A stretch of DNA of 64,000 nt. It comes from the human T2T-CHM13v2.0 reference genome, Homo sapiens. Numbering within the stretch: position 1 is the stretch's first letter; each line of letters opens with the position of its first letter. The stretch lies in assembly GCF_009914755.1 (NCBI RefSeq), contig NC_060933.1, one strand, 5' to 3'. The translations under genes were made by a program, and so were the position numbers. A model generated the notes under the pieces. It was not told where the DNA came from. It worked only from the letters and a program-made list of their open reading frames with translations, and did not search any database. Shown in pieces: positions 48,976 to 62,690 of the stretch.

Positions 48976-51900
48976 GGGCTGCTCCAAGCTTAATTGAGAT
49001 AATGCATATAAAGTGCTTAGTACTGCATCAGGCATAGAGGCAAGCCCTCAATAAATGGTAGGCTTACAGAAAAAAAAAAAAAAGCTACTTTACGAGAAGA
49101 CATGAGGAAGATGACAGAACGTTTATAATTGATTTCTAAATTTATCCTCCTAATGAAATCATCTCCGGCAGACCCTGTTAGTGACCGGTCTGGAATGATT
49201 TTCAGAGCCCTGTTTCCCACCAGAGGCACATACCAGTTATTCTGGCTCCTAGGACCCAGCCCAAAGTGAAAGCTCATGAGATTGCCATCCACTCTTTTTC
49301 TGGCCTTCACACCAAGTGAGAAGGGAGCATAGCCCATCCAGAATCTCAGAGCCTCAGCATCAGAGTCTCATCTATCGAACCCTTTGTTTTACAGATGCAG
49401 AAAGTGAGGAGCAGAATAAACCCAAAGTCACTCAGTATGTAAGATCAAGCTCAGAAGAAGAAATCAGGCAGCCTGCCATTCACTCTCCAAAAAAAACCTC
49501 TTTATTGACTGATATATTCATTCTTTTTAATTGTCCCACACACACAGAGATACACACTAGAAAGTAAGCCCCACAGATATAAGGGGTTTTGCCTCTTTTG
49601 TTCACTGCTGTGCCCTGCCTAGAATAGTACGTGGCCCACAGTAGATGCTCATGAATGTTCGTGAAGTGAACAAATAATTTTTCCATGACACCCATAGTCT
49701 ATCCCTGTTGAAGCTCTTCCTAATTTGCCTCAGGAAGAACAAGTCCAAAGGAATCAGAGCCCACCCCCCATTATGACCAGAATAGCATGGTTAGAGGAAG
49801 CTCCAGAGCTCCACCACCAATGTGAACCCCAGCTCCAAAAGTAAGTCCCCAAAAGGCCTTAGTCAAGTTACCATTCCCTCCCCATCTTGCAATAGTTTAC
49901 TGTATTTATCAAAGGAGGTACCCCATATGTAAAACACTAAAGCACTAGACACATATCAGCTATTACTAAGGTAGAAAGAAATGCCCTTCTTCCCCCCAGA
50001 GACTTCTCTCTTGTTGCTAATATATTCAGGAAAATTTTTCCAAAGAGTGGGAAAATGCACCTATGCTGGTTAAGAGGATGACTAACATGTAGGCTATTTT
50101 CATCAAAGTAATAAATAGAGAATCACAAAATAAAAACGTTACATCCTCTCCAGTCCCTTTCAGTTTTTTGTTAACCACCAGGAGGTGGTTAGGTGCTACA
50201 AGGTCTTTAACAAGCCAGAGAAAGCAGGCTTCAGGCTCAAATCCCAGGCGGACTGTTAGTCTCAACTGGCTACAGTGTCAAGGAATTGCTTTGCTTTCAC
50301 CGGACTTGTTTTTATAGTAGCCTTCTAATTTTAGTAAGTGATATTAGTTTTCCAATCATCATTATGCTATTGAAGTTTCCATTTACAATACAGATATTAC
50401 TTTAGAAAAATTAAAAATCAGAAGCAAAAGACAGAATGCAGACATGGTCAAAATGATAAGGATGGCCCTGAAATGCCTGAGGTTTGGGATTCTCTGGTCT
50501 AGTCTTGGTTCTTAAGTCATCAGGACAAAAACTCAGGGTCCAGGGCTCCATATCAGCTCTGCCATTCACTTCTGCTCCGTAACTTTGAACACAACCATTC
50601 CCCTCCCTGGGCCTCAGCCCCTAACCTTTGAAATGAAAGGATCAGATGTCTAAGGCTCCATAAGGCCTTTCCATTTTGGAAACATTTTGAATCCTTTTAG
50701 GAAACCAACAAAACCGTAAAAAAAACCCATGGAAAATGCATCAAGGCCATGTGGGTGCCCCTGCCTGTCTCAGTGATATCTCACTCCCAAATGAAAATTT
50801 GCAAACCCCAGAGTCTTGTTGACACCCATTTGTTTATTTACACGGCTTCACTTTTTATGTGGCTTTCCTTCTTTCTGCCTAATGCTTGACAAAGGAAATA
50901 ATGCCAGAATTTAGGAACCCACGTTCAGAATCCTCACTCATTAGAGCACTTAAGGTGTTCACACGTAACACCAGGGTGGCAATCTCAATCTCCTCTGCCC
51001 TCACTACCTGCACTAGAGTCCCCTGTGCAGTGTTTGATGGAAAGAGCCTTGAGGAGGGCACACAGGTGCTTCTGACAGATTCTCAGGAAAGTCAAAACCT
51101 GGGCTTTGGTTCTGACCTGGCTCTTCCGTTTGGATTTTATCATATTTACTAAGCTCCAGTTCCAAGGCAGCCAGAGACAGGGAGGAGTCAGACAAGGTCT
51201 TCTGCTGCTCAATGGGGCCTCAGGGTGGTCAGGTGGACATTCAGCTCATCACATGCACTCAAGGCAGCCTGAGAAGTGCAGTCCCAGAGACAGGAACATG
51301 ACAGAGAGGTGGCGCAAAGAAGAAGATGCTTAATGATGCCTTAAGAAGCAACCATAGGCAGTTTCCTGGGCAGATGAGGACTATGTGCAATCATGAAGAA
51401 TGGACAGGTGTTTACCAAGTGAAGTGGGGAAAAGCTTTTCAGGCACAAGTTGAGGATATACAAGACATTGAGTGCCACTGATTGATAAATGGGGGCCAAA
51501 GTCACCAAACTCCCCAAGCCAGGAGCCTCCAGAACCAGCCAGTTAGACACTTGGAAAGGACTCACATGGTAAGACACAGAGTTTTCATGTGAATAGATGG
51601 TTTAGGACACAGTCCTGCATGTGCAAGGAGGAGCAGAATTTCACTGCCTCAAGGAAAATTGAAAAAGCTATAGAAAGCCTTGAAAACCAGACTCAACCAG
51701 ACCTTTCTTTCTCAACCTTCTAAATTGTATCTGAATTTCTCCTTTATCCCTTTGTACTTTGACACTTACCTCCATGCTTCCTAAACTCTCCTTCCCACTT
51801 CTCCCTTCCTAAAAATTCCCTCCTTGTTTTGTGCAAAACAAAAGCATTATGTATCTTTTCCCTAACTAACAGGCAGAAGCTTTTAACAGATTTCTAATGC

Positions 51901-52371
51901 ACTGCTAGATGATTCCTTAAGGCTTAAATCCCCAAAGACACCTTGCTGAAAAAGATAGAGACATCTGTAGTTACTGGTGCTTTGCATTTGATTGTTTTCA
52001 TAAAACACTGCTAACAATGCATCCGTTTCACTCACAGGTAGACACACACAGAGTTAACCTCCCCACCCCCACCATGAATGTTTGCATGAAGTGACATATA
52101 GATGGGAAGTCTTATTCATGCTGAACAAGCAGCATCCTGGGAGGAAAAGGGTCTGCATTAGCAATGAAGACACAGGGTTCAGACAGTGAGTGCTCTTGGC
52201 CAAACCTGGAGGAACACTTCCGAAAGCAAGTTCACTTCTCTTGTGCCAAGATCTAAATATAGCCCACCCCCCCAATTTAAAATATGAGCCAAGGACCTGT
52301 GGCCCTGCGGTTGCTGTCTTAGCTGCTGGATTTTCTCAATATACCCCCTACCCAGATCTAAACCAAGTAGG

Positions 52372-52866
52372 GTTATATATTATCATATTATATTATATTA
52401 TATATCATAAAACACATATTATCATATATTTTATATTGTATTAATTTATTTTATAATATACAATATATAATCATAATTATTATATAAAATATGTATAATT
52501 ATATATGATATGTTTTTATAATTTTTATGGTATATTTATTATATTATATAATCACATATAATTATATGTCATATAGTAATGTAATATAATTATATGTAGT
52601 ATTATATGTAACATACAACTATATATAAATTATATAATATACTATATATTTTATATAACTATATAATTATAATTATAATCATATAAGTATACGTAATATT
52701 ATAAATATATATGTACAACTATTTATATAAATATATTTTTATTATATTGTAAATCTAGCATGATATATTAATATGTAATATAATATACACATAATATTGG
52801 TATGATGAAATATATGCAATATATAATAATATATTACTTAATATATATAAATATATAATAACTAAT
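52372..52866. repeat. ~490-bp extremely AT-rich degenerate (TA)n island
   Basis: Near-continuous tatatt/ataata words with very few G/C. Confidence 0.92.
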
Positions 52867-54934
52867 TCCTTCAAGGCATATTCATGACAGTAATACCAAA
52901 TGCTTACTCCAACATACCTGGAGATGTTTTCTATCAAAATCTCCTGAATTTAGCACCTCTAGCCTTGCTAAAACTATAAGTGATTACACCTCCCTAAATG
53001 ACCTAAAGCACTTCCAGATGTTTCATGAACTTTAAAATATTATACAAGGTATTTTTCTCCTCTTTTCTCTATTTCAAGGAACAAGCACAGTGGTGTTTAA
53101 GAAGGTCTTATGTAATTCTCAGCAATGACACAGCCGTGCCTATTTTCCAGTTTCCTTTAAGAATCACAATTAGAGGCACTGCCTGCGCACTCAGCTGAGT
53201 TGTTAGAACAGTGAAGGTGCACTGCTTTGCCAGCCCTCTCCCAGCCGCCAACCATGTGAGTTTAAAGCCAGCCTGGATCATGATCAAGGTAATCCAACTA
53301 GGCTTCTTACCAGACCTGAGAACTTGGACAAATCACTGGCACTGTCCCAGGCTGTTTCCTCATTTATGAAATGGGAGTAAGAACACCTTCTCAGCCAGGG
53401 CTGCTGTGATGTATGCATATTCTGACATACAGCAGTTCTCAGTAAATGCTCATCTCCTTTTTCTTTCTTCAAAATGTTGTGCAATTGGTTTTCTTTGGAC
53501 CCATGAGCAGAACTTTTCATTATGTTGAGTTTCAGTTCCTTAAATTCAGCCCATCATAGAATGGGTCAGCTCTCCCTGATTCTCGTTGAGATTCATGTTT
53601 GCCTGAAGGTCTTTTTAATTTAAAGTGGGAGCACTCCACAATAAGAAGTGAAAAAGAAATCCAATATTAAGTATTTGGACATTGAAGAACTTCAGAGAGT
53701 AAAACCTCCAGGCACATAAGTATAGGCTCCCCTGACTACACAAAATTGTGGGCAGATGGTAGTCATAATAGGCAACGTCTATTGACTGCTCGCCATGTGC
53801 CAAGCACTCTTCTAAGTTATCTGAATGAGCTATCTCATGTAACCTTCACAATACTTGGAGGTAGATACTCATATTAAGCCCATCTTGCAGATGAAAAAAC
53901 TAAAGTGCTCGAAGATTTGACAACCCATCACAAATTGCATGGCTTAGACTCAAACACTCCACTTTCTCGCTCTCCAGCCCATGCAATTAACCACTCCTCT
54001 GCAATAGCTTCCCTGATTATGGGCTTCTGGAATCAGGCAGCATTGTGATGTGTGCTGGCTTCAACACAGATGACCTGAGTACCTTCTAGTAAGTCAGCTC
54101 CTGGTCTGTGCCTGGGGATATCTCACTAATAAACTGAGGATAATTAAATCTCACTTGCAGGACAGTGTTGAGAATTGGAGGTGGGGTGAGCGGTGGGAGA
54201 GGGAGAGAATGAATGACAGATGGATGGAGGGAGGGAGAGATAAAGAATTGTATGTTGGGTTCTCACTAAATGGTAGTTTCTTCACTCTCTCCCTCATGAG
54301 AGCCTCCCAGGGTGGGGAGCGATGGAAGGGGTCATGTGACGGCTCATCGACATTGGTGTCTTGACCATGGTACTATATATAAGTGACCATGAAGGAGCTA
54401 GAAGCTCTGCCCTAGAGGAATGTGGGAAGATGCTCAATCTGCTGGTATGCACTCTGGCTGAGGACATCACTCCCTCAGAATTGTGTTTCTGCCGCCATTG
54501 AATGACCGGAACACTCTAACTCCTTAAAATCAGCACAATGCTGGGCCTCCCCATTTCAGGTTTCCATATGGGCCTCATAGGGAGAAGAATAAACCACAAA
54601 CTGCTATGGGGGCGTGAGCAGTTTCCTGACATCCAGACAGCTTATAGATATCTCGCAGATGTTGCCTTGGGCCTGGGGATCCTTTGGTCTGGGCCCAACG
54701 AAGGTCAGAAGTTGTCCAAGAAAGATGCAGTGAGGCTGAATGGAGACCAGAAGGAAACACACTGGGTGTATCTGGGCCTCAGGTATATAAATGGAGAGCC
54801 CTCTGGCTCTGTTTAATTCTCTCTGCTTCTCTTATCTTTTTGCCTCTCCCCTTTGTGACTGCTTTCTTATTTCTTCTGCTGTTCCTTCTGTTTTCCCTCT
54901 ACTTTCCCTCCCCTATCTGCTGCCACTCTCCTCA

Positions 54935-55000
54935 CTCTCTCTCTCTCTGTGTATGTCTCTCTCTCATACACACATGCACACACACATAAACACACACAGA
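54935..55000. repeat. (CT)n/(CA)n compound microsatellite
   Basis: Read directly from the sequence. Confidence 0.8.
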
Positions 55001-55944
55001 GAATCCCATTTTCCTCAGGAGGCTGAAATGGAACAGATTTGGAGCCTTTTATGTTGAATAGCTTTGCACTTCCTGAAGGTATTTCAGAGCCTCAGGAAGC
55101 CTCCCAATGCCTCTGCCTCCTTCCGTGTTTCTCATCAGCTCACCATAAGTCCCAGTGGTCATCTGTAGACCCCTCAAATGACAGGACTAAAATGGAACTT
55201 AGGGGTGGCCCTATCTAGATATTATTCTGTGCTGAGTCAGCAGAGCCCGACAATGCCTGGGAAGGAAGTAGCAGCTGCTTGGTGCAGATTTGTTGAATGA
55301 ATACACTAATGAATGTAAGTTCTTGACTCCATTTTGCAGGTAGGATAACTGGTTCCAAGATAGCTAAGTCTCCTGCCCATAGTTAGTTAATGGCAGAACT
55401 AGGGTTTTAACTCACATCTCCAGATACCCGGCTCATTCCCCAATCCCTATGATATCAAGAGTGTCAAGCCCAGGCCTCTTTTTAAAGATGCTTTAAGTGC
55501 CCCTGGGAGTCTGTAGATTCTCCTGGGAGGAACCACACTTCCATCCATCACCAGCCATTGACATCAAAGAAGAGACTGGCTCATGAGAACCCCAGGAAAA
55601 ACTGATGAGAGGATGCCCCAGAGAGCCCAGCCCTCTACACAGTGCACTCACAGGTCAGTGCACTGGCAGGTCCCTGACTCCCTTAGTGCCAGCTCTTATC
55701 TGTCCACTCCAGAGAGGGGCTGTGACCCAGGACAGAGAGCTGGCAGGACTGAGATGCCTAAGGTGGTCACACACCTGGTCAGAGGAGCTGGGAACTCAGC
55801 AAGGGTATCAGATCCAAGAGATCCAAGGGTATCAGCCCTTTCCCCTTTGGAGCTCATCCTTCTTTCTTTTGAACTCCTGTTGAAACCACAGTGGGATGCA
55901 GGCAGAATGAAACTGTAGGACAAGTTGCATCATATTCATGAGTG

Positions 55945-56200
55945 AAGCAGCATAGCACAGAGATAAAGGTGTGCTTTCTGGAGCCAGCCTGACTAGGTTC
56001 AAATCCCACCTCTGCTACTCATGAATTTGGGTGCCTTTAGAAAGTTGCTTGTGTTCTCTATGCCTCAGTGTTTCTATCTGTAATATGGGGACACTGATAA
56101 TGTCCATCCTTATCACTAAGTTTTGTGAGGACAGCACTTAAAAACTTGCCTGGCAGAAAAATCAACATTTAAAAAATGTTAGGTATTATGGTCATTATTA
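55945..56200 (+). mobile_element. MIR, near full length
   Basis: gcagcatagcacag...ctggagccagcctgactaggttcaaatcccacctctgctact...tgcctcagtgtttctatctgtaatatgggg. Confidence 0.8.
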
Positions 56201-57259
56201 TGGTGCATCTGAATCCAACATGACCACAGCGATCTTAGAGTTTGGGCTACTACAAATTCTGTGGGGTTCCCATCCAGGCTTGGTTAATCTTAGGCTTTTC
56301 TTCTTCCTGGCTTGGAGGAGAGAGACACCTGTGAGAGTTATCAGATGTTGAAGAGCCTCTGGTACCAGGGAGGCCAGGAATTTCAACATCGAGGTTAATT
56401 TAGTCATGCTGTACACTCTGAAGAATAAGCCACACCTTTCCTGTTTGCCCAGCTTGGGACTCTCTCAGTCAGACTCAAGGTACAAATGAGCTGACCTGGC
56501 CACCAAATATGAAGCCAGAGGGGCTTTAGAATGAACACATCCAATGTCCTCTGTCTGTGAAGGAAAATCGAGGGCTCAAGCAGGTACACGTCTCAGTCCC
56601 ATGCCTGAGCAATCAGCTGCTGCTTCTCCCACATGGTACTCCCTTGCAAAAGGCCTGGAGCTGCCCAGGTTCTGAGATCTTATTGTTATAAGGCACTTCA
56701 TGAAAATAAAGTACTCCTAAAGGACCAAGAGGTGCTGGTTCAGCCGCTCCTCTGAGCTGGGGAAGCGGGGGCGAGTTTCAACTAGTCACTGCGGGAGGCA
56801 AATTAAGGCCCATTTGTTTTCTACAGGGCACCTCTTGGAAAATTGCTTCTTCTGAGGACTCCTGGGAAAAATTCCTTCTCTTCCAAAGGTGAACAATTTT
56901 CTCCAAAAGAACCATTTATTCCGATAAGATTGAAGTAATCATTAAAGGCTGTGCTCCTCTTTGTATGGATGAGCTTTTTTTTATTAAATATGTAGTGAGG
57001 CCCCATAATGGGTTGTTTTATGCAGATCTATAGTCTCACCTTCCATGTGACAATCTAATACTCAATGAATGCTCACCTCTATTTTAGTCCAATTCTTCCT
57101 CCCAGCAGCACAGTGGGACACTTAGCATAGTAGAAATAATAGTAATAAAACCTGGGTTCTACCACTTAATAATTGTATGAATTCAGGAAAGTCATTTTAC
57201 TTGACTCAACTGTAAAATGGGGATAACAAATTCATCCCAGTCTACTTCACAAGGCATTA

Positions 57260-57565
57260 ATATTATTTTTCTTTTTTTGAGACAGCATCTCACTCTGTTG
57301 CCCAGGCTGGAGTGCATTGGTGCAATCTTGGTTCCCTGCAACCTCCACCGCCCAGTTCAGGCAATTCTCATGCCTCAGCCTCCAGAGTAGCTAGGATTAC
57401 AGTCACATGCCATCATGCCCAGCAATTTTTTTTTTTTTTTAATGTAGAGATTGGAGGATTTCGCCATGTTGGCCAGGCTGGTCTCAAACTCCTGGCCTCA
57501 AGTGATCCACCTGCCTTGGCCTCCCAACATGCTGGGATTACAGGCATTAGCCACCCTACCTGGCC
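57260..57565 (-). mobile_element. AluJ/S, full length, inserted in a MIR
   Basis: Complete reversed dimer. TSD ttcacaaggcatta/ttcacagggcatta. Confidence 0.93.
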
Positions 57566-58033
57566 TTCACAGGGCATTATTAAGGCTCAATGAGGTATTT
57601 GAGTTTCCTCCCTGTCAGCAAGACCCCATTAGACACAACAAAAAATGAGGCCAAGAGATCTGCACATGAAGGCGGTAATTCCCAAAACCCATCAAGACAT
57701 TTAGTGGGAGACATAGGCTGCCCAGTTCCCAACCCCTTAATTTCTCTACTGCACCACAGGTTTAAGTCAACAACATCAGAATTGATTCACTGAAAGTGGA
57801 TTCAAGTAGAATTTCTTTTAAATGAACTTTATGGTTCTTTTGCCTCCTCCAAAAAATGAGGACAGTGATGATACCTACTTCACAGGGTAGCAAAGTCAAA
57901 TTAAACAAGGAAGTGAACTAGTTTTGTCAGTAGTGAGGAGAGGCATTGATCTTAGAGATTATTATTATTTCCCCTGTTTGAGCACAGAGAAAACTGAGGC
58001 TTAGCAGCAGTAAGGATGACTGGGATGCTCACC

Positions 58034-58127
58034 GAAATACAGATCTCAAGGCCCACAATGAAATGAAACACATAACTGAAATAAAATACAGAACTGAACT
58101 GAACTGAAATGAAATACAGAACTCAGG
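58034..58127. repeat. Degenerate (AAATG/AACTG)n tandem repeat with recurring aaatacaga
   Basis: aaatacaga occurs three times, plus aactgaactgaactgaaatgaaat. Confidence 0.65.
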
Positions 58128-59553
58128 AATCTGGCAGAAGCCCAGGATTCTGCATTTATTCAGCTTCTGTCTGGGTTGACTTTATGCAATACTCAAGTTT
58201 GAAAATCCTCAAACAAGACTGTCTTGCATGGCTCTTTTCACATAAAACAGCTCACCACAGGCCAGGGCTTTTCCATATAGGATTATATTTGCTGCTTAGA
58301 ATCATACTGAGGGGTAAGGATTATTATACTGTCACAACCTATGAGGAAATAGGTTCAGAGAGGTTAAGTAACTTTCCAAAAGTCACAGAGTTGAACTTCA
58401 TATCCCAAGTTGGTCTAACTTTAAAGTCTGTATTGACTCCATAACATGACTCTGCCCCTCCTTAGTGACTAGAACCACCACTTTGTGCCTCCTTTCAAGG
58501 CACTCTGGGGAGCATTCACGGACTCTGAGCAGCACTGTCACATGTGCTAATTGCCTCTCTCATAGCCCTTTGATTTCCTTACCTACAGTCAGGTGATCCT
58601 TCCTCAACCCCAAACTCCCCGTAACTGCCACCCCCACCTGATCATGCTGCATAGCCAATCAGAAGAACAGCACTGATTTCCACTTTGCATCCCAGCCTGG
58701 GACAAATGTGATGGCACAGATCAAAGGAAGTCTTGGAATTAAAATGTGAAACCTGCAGAGGCATCTTGGGGTGATGGACAGCCTGATGTTCTGGTGTGCT
58801 GCTTGCTTGTGCACATTCTAGATGTGTAAAAATGCCCATCTCCTCCACAACTCTGTCAAGCAAGGACACACAATGTGCCCCATCAGTTTTTTTTCACACA
58901 GTGTTGTCCACTACAGACCAAAACCAAACTTCTAGCCCAGGTGGTGAGAGAAACACGCCTGCCTAAATTCATAGGAAGGCAACCATGAGGTCCAACACTT
59001 TGAACAGTGGCTGTCATACAGCGGGTGCTTAGTGAATATCTGTGGATGCAGTAGAAGAATCAGGCAGGTCTGCAGGAAATTATGCAGTGGCATGCCTAGA
59101 TCAGTACCAGGTTGAGAGCAGATACTCAACAAAATATTTTTGTCTCCAGAAAACCATAAATCTTTCTGGCTGCAGGGATCAGTCTCAGATTTCAGGGCCT
59201 CTCTCTGGCCTTCCCAACCTTCTCTCTAAACAAACCAGTTCCAAAATGTTATAGACTCCTATCCAAAGCTGTATGCCCCACTCCCACCATTCTTTGCTAA
59301 ACAACTGAATAATGTCATGAATAAATTCAGGCTAAGGTATACATAGCTCCTAGTAAAAAATTCAGAGGAATGGAATCAAGTTATAAACACCATGAAAGTT
59401 CACTGTCATGCATCTCCAACTCCAAGACAGGAAGGGTCACCATGGTGACAAAACTAGCGGATATTTGGGCAAGGAGTGGGGATGTTCTGTGATTCATCTT
59501 AAACCAAATAGGTAACCACCTTCTCTGCCAGGCCAGGTTCTGATGCTCTAGAA

Positions 59554-59773
59554 CAGAGCTTCTCAACATTGGAACTATTCACATTTTAAGCCAGATAATT
59601 ATTTGAGGTGGGCGCTATCTTGTGCATTGTAGGGATGTTGAGCAGCCTCCCTGGCCTCTACTCATTAGACACCAGTAGCATTCCCTGCTCCACCAGTTGT
59701 GACAACCAAAACTGGCTCCAAATATGGTCAAATGTCCTTTAGGAGAAAAATCACCTCCTGTTGAGAACTACTG
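59554..59773 (+). mobile_element. MER20 hAT-Charlie DNA transposon
   Basis: cagagcttctcaac...gccagataatt...tgtgcattgtagg.atgttgagcagcctccctggcctctac...ccagttgtgacaaccaaaa...gttgagaactactg. Confidence 0.9.
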
Positions 59774-61724
59774 CTGTAAAGAGAAAATGATGAAAATTTA
59801 CTAATCCAATTAATACAAAGCAAATTCTTTAAAAAAGCCATGGTGTCTTTCACCACTCTAGCCTGTGTATTCTGGTCCCTCTGTTTGGAATCTTCTCCCT
59901 CCCTCCCTCCCCATCTTATCCCCGGGCAAGCCTTTATTGCTCCATAATTCAGGGATCACTTCTTTGCAAAGCTTTCTAGAATGTCCTATGATGGGATAGG
60001 AGATAGACCCCTCCTCTGTTTGACAGCAAGTTGTACTCCCCCTTATCACATTATGGTTATCCCTCTGCACTCTTGAACAAAACTGCACATTTTGAGGGGA
60101 AGGTCTCTTCTTCATTCATTTTCAAATTCTAGTTCTTAACACCGTGCCCTAGCACTGAATAAATACGTGTATGAACAGAAGGCTAACACTTAATGATCAC
60201 CTGCCATGTGTCAGTCCTACTGTGTATATCCTATCTTGGTATGTCTTTATGTTAATGTTGCATCATAGGCTACTACTATTACTCCACGTTTCTAGGGAGT
60301 AATTCGTTCCCAGAGAGCAGAGATAACTCATCTAACATCACACAGGCAGCAAATGGCACAACTGGGCATATGGACTTAAGTCTGCATGGCTGACATTCTG
60401 CCTTTCTGACCTTCTGTCTTCCCATTTGCATGCTTGCCATCTTGCTTCCTACAGTAGCCAAAGACAGAGCCCTCTGCCTTGGGCTTTTAGGTCTTGGGGA
60501 GGTGCACCTTGCTGCTTCCTCCTTACCAGGCCATAAATCCTGTTGAATCTGGGCAGTGAAGTGGCAGGCAGGTTGGTATGAGCTTTGTTGATGTGTATGC
60601 CTGGGCCCCCAGCACAGGCACAAGTTGGGCTGGAGACCCAGGGCAATGGAAGATTTCTTTCCACAGCAGCACAGACCAAAGCAGAGGACTATGGGCATTT
60701 TCAACACTCTCCTGTCTCTGGTGGTGTTATTATTTTCCTTCAACCTTTCCAGTAATGGGGACCTTCGGGGCTGAAATAAGAACAATAATTTTTTTTTCCT
60801 TCTACTCTCCTAGAGTCAAGTCCAGAATTTAATAAAGGTAACAAAAATACTACGGTATTCCAATTCCTCTCTGCAGATTTTTGTTTTAATTTAGTTTTAG
60901 CCCTGATGTTAGATTGACAGTCCTGGGGTCTGAAGTGTATCCATTCCCATAGTATGTCTGGTGCAGAGACAGAGTGACTCATTTTTATGTGTGCACACAC
61001 ACACATATACATATACACACAGAGATACCATGAAAAGAACAATTTCTCCTACAAAATCAGAAAATTGTCTGCATTAAACTGATCTGTGCACAGTCTGTCT
61101 GCCCCACCTCTGACCCCCCAAAGCCTCATTCTCAAATATAAACTGGCATTCCAGGCAATCAATCAAGACCTAACCCCTCAAAGACTACCACCACCACCAC
61201 TACCATTTGATCCTAACTGCATTTACCCAACGTCTGGAATTAACCTCTTTGCTCAGGCCTTAGATAGAGCCTCTTCAGGGAACATGGATCTTAGCTTCCA
61301 AAAGGTTTATGGCTTTGCCAGCCTGAAGACTTCCCAATATCTCTGGCAATGGCTTTACTCCAGCCCCCACCCTTCAGAACACCATCCCACTCCCTGTTCT
61401 TACTCTGAATCACTGACATTGGATTCATTCAAAGAGGCTGGAGGTGGGGGCATGGAAGAGGCTCAACAAGCACAAAGAAACCTTCAGTATTATAACTCAA
61501 CAATGCTTTCAGTGTGAAATATGTCCAGGATTCACCCTCCTTCTAATACTAATTATTTCCCACAAGGTTTCCTGTTGCAAACATTCTAATTGCTTTTCTT
61601 TCTTTATATATATATTTTTTATTTTAGCCCTTGTTGTAGCTAGGCAGTTATTATGACACACATACTTTGTTGATGAGGAATGAACACTCAGAGTAAAACT
61701 GAGTTAAATCTACATCTGTGTAAC

Positions 61725-62690
61725 TCCCTTCACTTAATCGACCAACAAATATTTACTGAGTGCCCAAATATCGGCTGGACACTATGCTAAATTCAGGGGA
61801 CACAATGATAAATAAGACATATGTAGTCAGTCATGTGCCCTCCTAACTAAGGAGAAAGAAGTGCCAATCAGCCCATACAGTACATAATCCCATGTGAAAA
61901 AAATGCTTGATGGGACAAGCAACAGGTGGCTATGGAAGGTGAAAAAGGAAGCCCAACCCAGCCACACTCATGCAAGCTCACAGGAGGCCAGGACACCTAT
62001 GCTGGGAGCTATAGGATGAGTAGAATTTTCCAGGGAAAGAGAAAGGACAAAAGTGTTCCAGCCAAGGTGAACAGATATGTGAACATAAGGAAACAATAGA
62101 TCCAAATATGGATGGTATTAGTCCATTCTCACACTGCTATAAAGATATTACGTGAGACTGGGTAATTTGTAGACAAAGGAGGTTTAATTGGTTCACAGTT
62201 CTGCATGGCTGAAGTGACCTCAAGAAACTTACGATCATAGCAGAAGGGGAAGCAGGCACCTTCTTCACAAGGCAGCAGGAGAGAGAAGAGTGAGTGAAAG
62301 AGGGACTTGCCAAACACTTACAAAACCATCATATCCTGTGAGAACTCACTATCATGAGAACAGCATGAGGGAATGGCCCCCATGATACAGTCACCTCCCA
62401 CTGGGTCCCTCCCTTGACATGTGGGGATTATGGGGATTACAATTCAAGATGAGATTTGGGTGGGGACACAGACAAACCATATCATGGATCCTTCAAAAAA
62501 CTAGAAAAAAAATTATGCAATCCCAGTACATAGATTTGGGGAGGCAGGGAGAGGCCATAGCAAGTGGTGAGGCTAGAGAGCTGGGCAGAGGCTGAAGCAT
62601 GCCAGACCTCCCAGGCCATGCTAAGGATCTGGAATTTCTCCTGATATCCATGGGTAGCCACTGCAGAGATTTAAACAGTTTAAGGAGGGA
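61725..62690 (-). mobile_element. L2 3' region interrupted by THE1D
   Basis: caacaaatatttactgagtgcc...ggggacacaatgataaataagaca...ggccatgctaaggatctggaattt...gccactgcagagattt. Confidence 0.7.
62114..62484 (-). mobile_element. THE1D/MSTA-like solo LTR
   Basis: gtattagtccattctcacactgctataaag...gaagcaggcaccttcttcacaagg...gagatttgggtggggacacag..aaaccatatca. Perfect TSD tggat. Confidence 0.92.

Noticed and set aside
60279-61517. 168-aa and 143-aa ORFs in largely unique sequence
   Set aside because: No recognisable homology, codon pattern or flanking splice signals. The lengths are compatible with chance.
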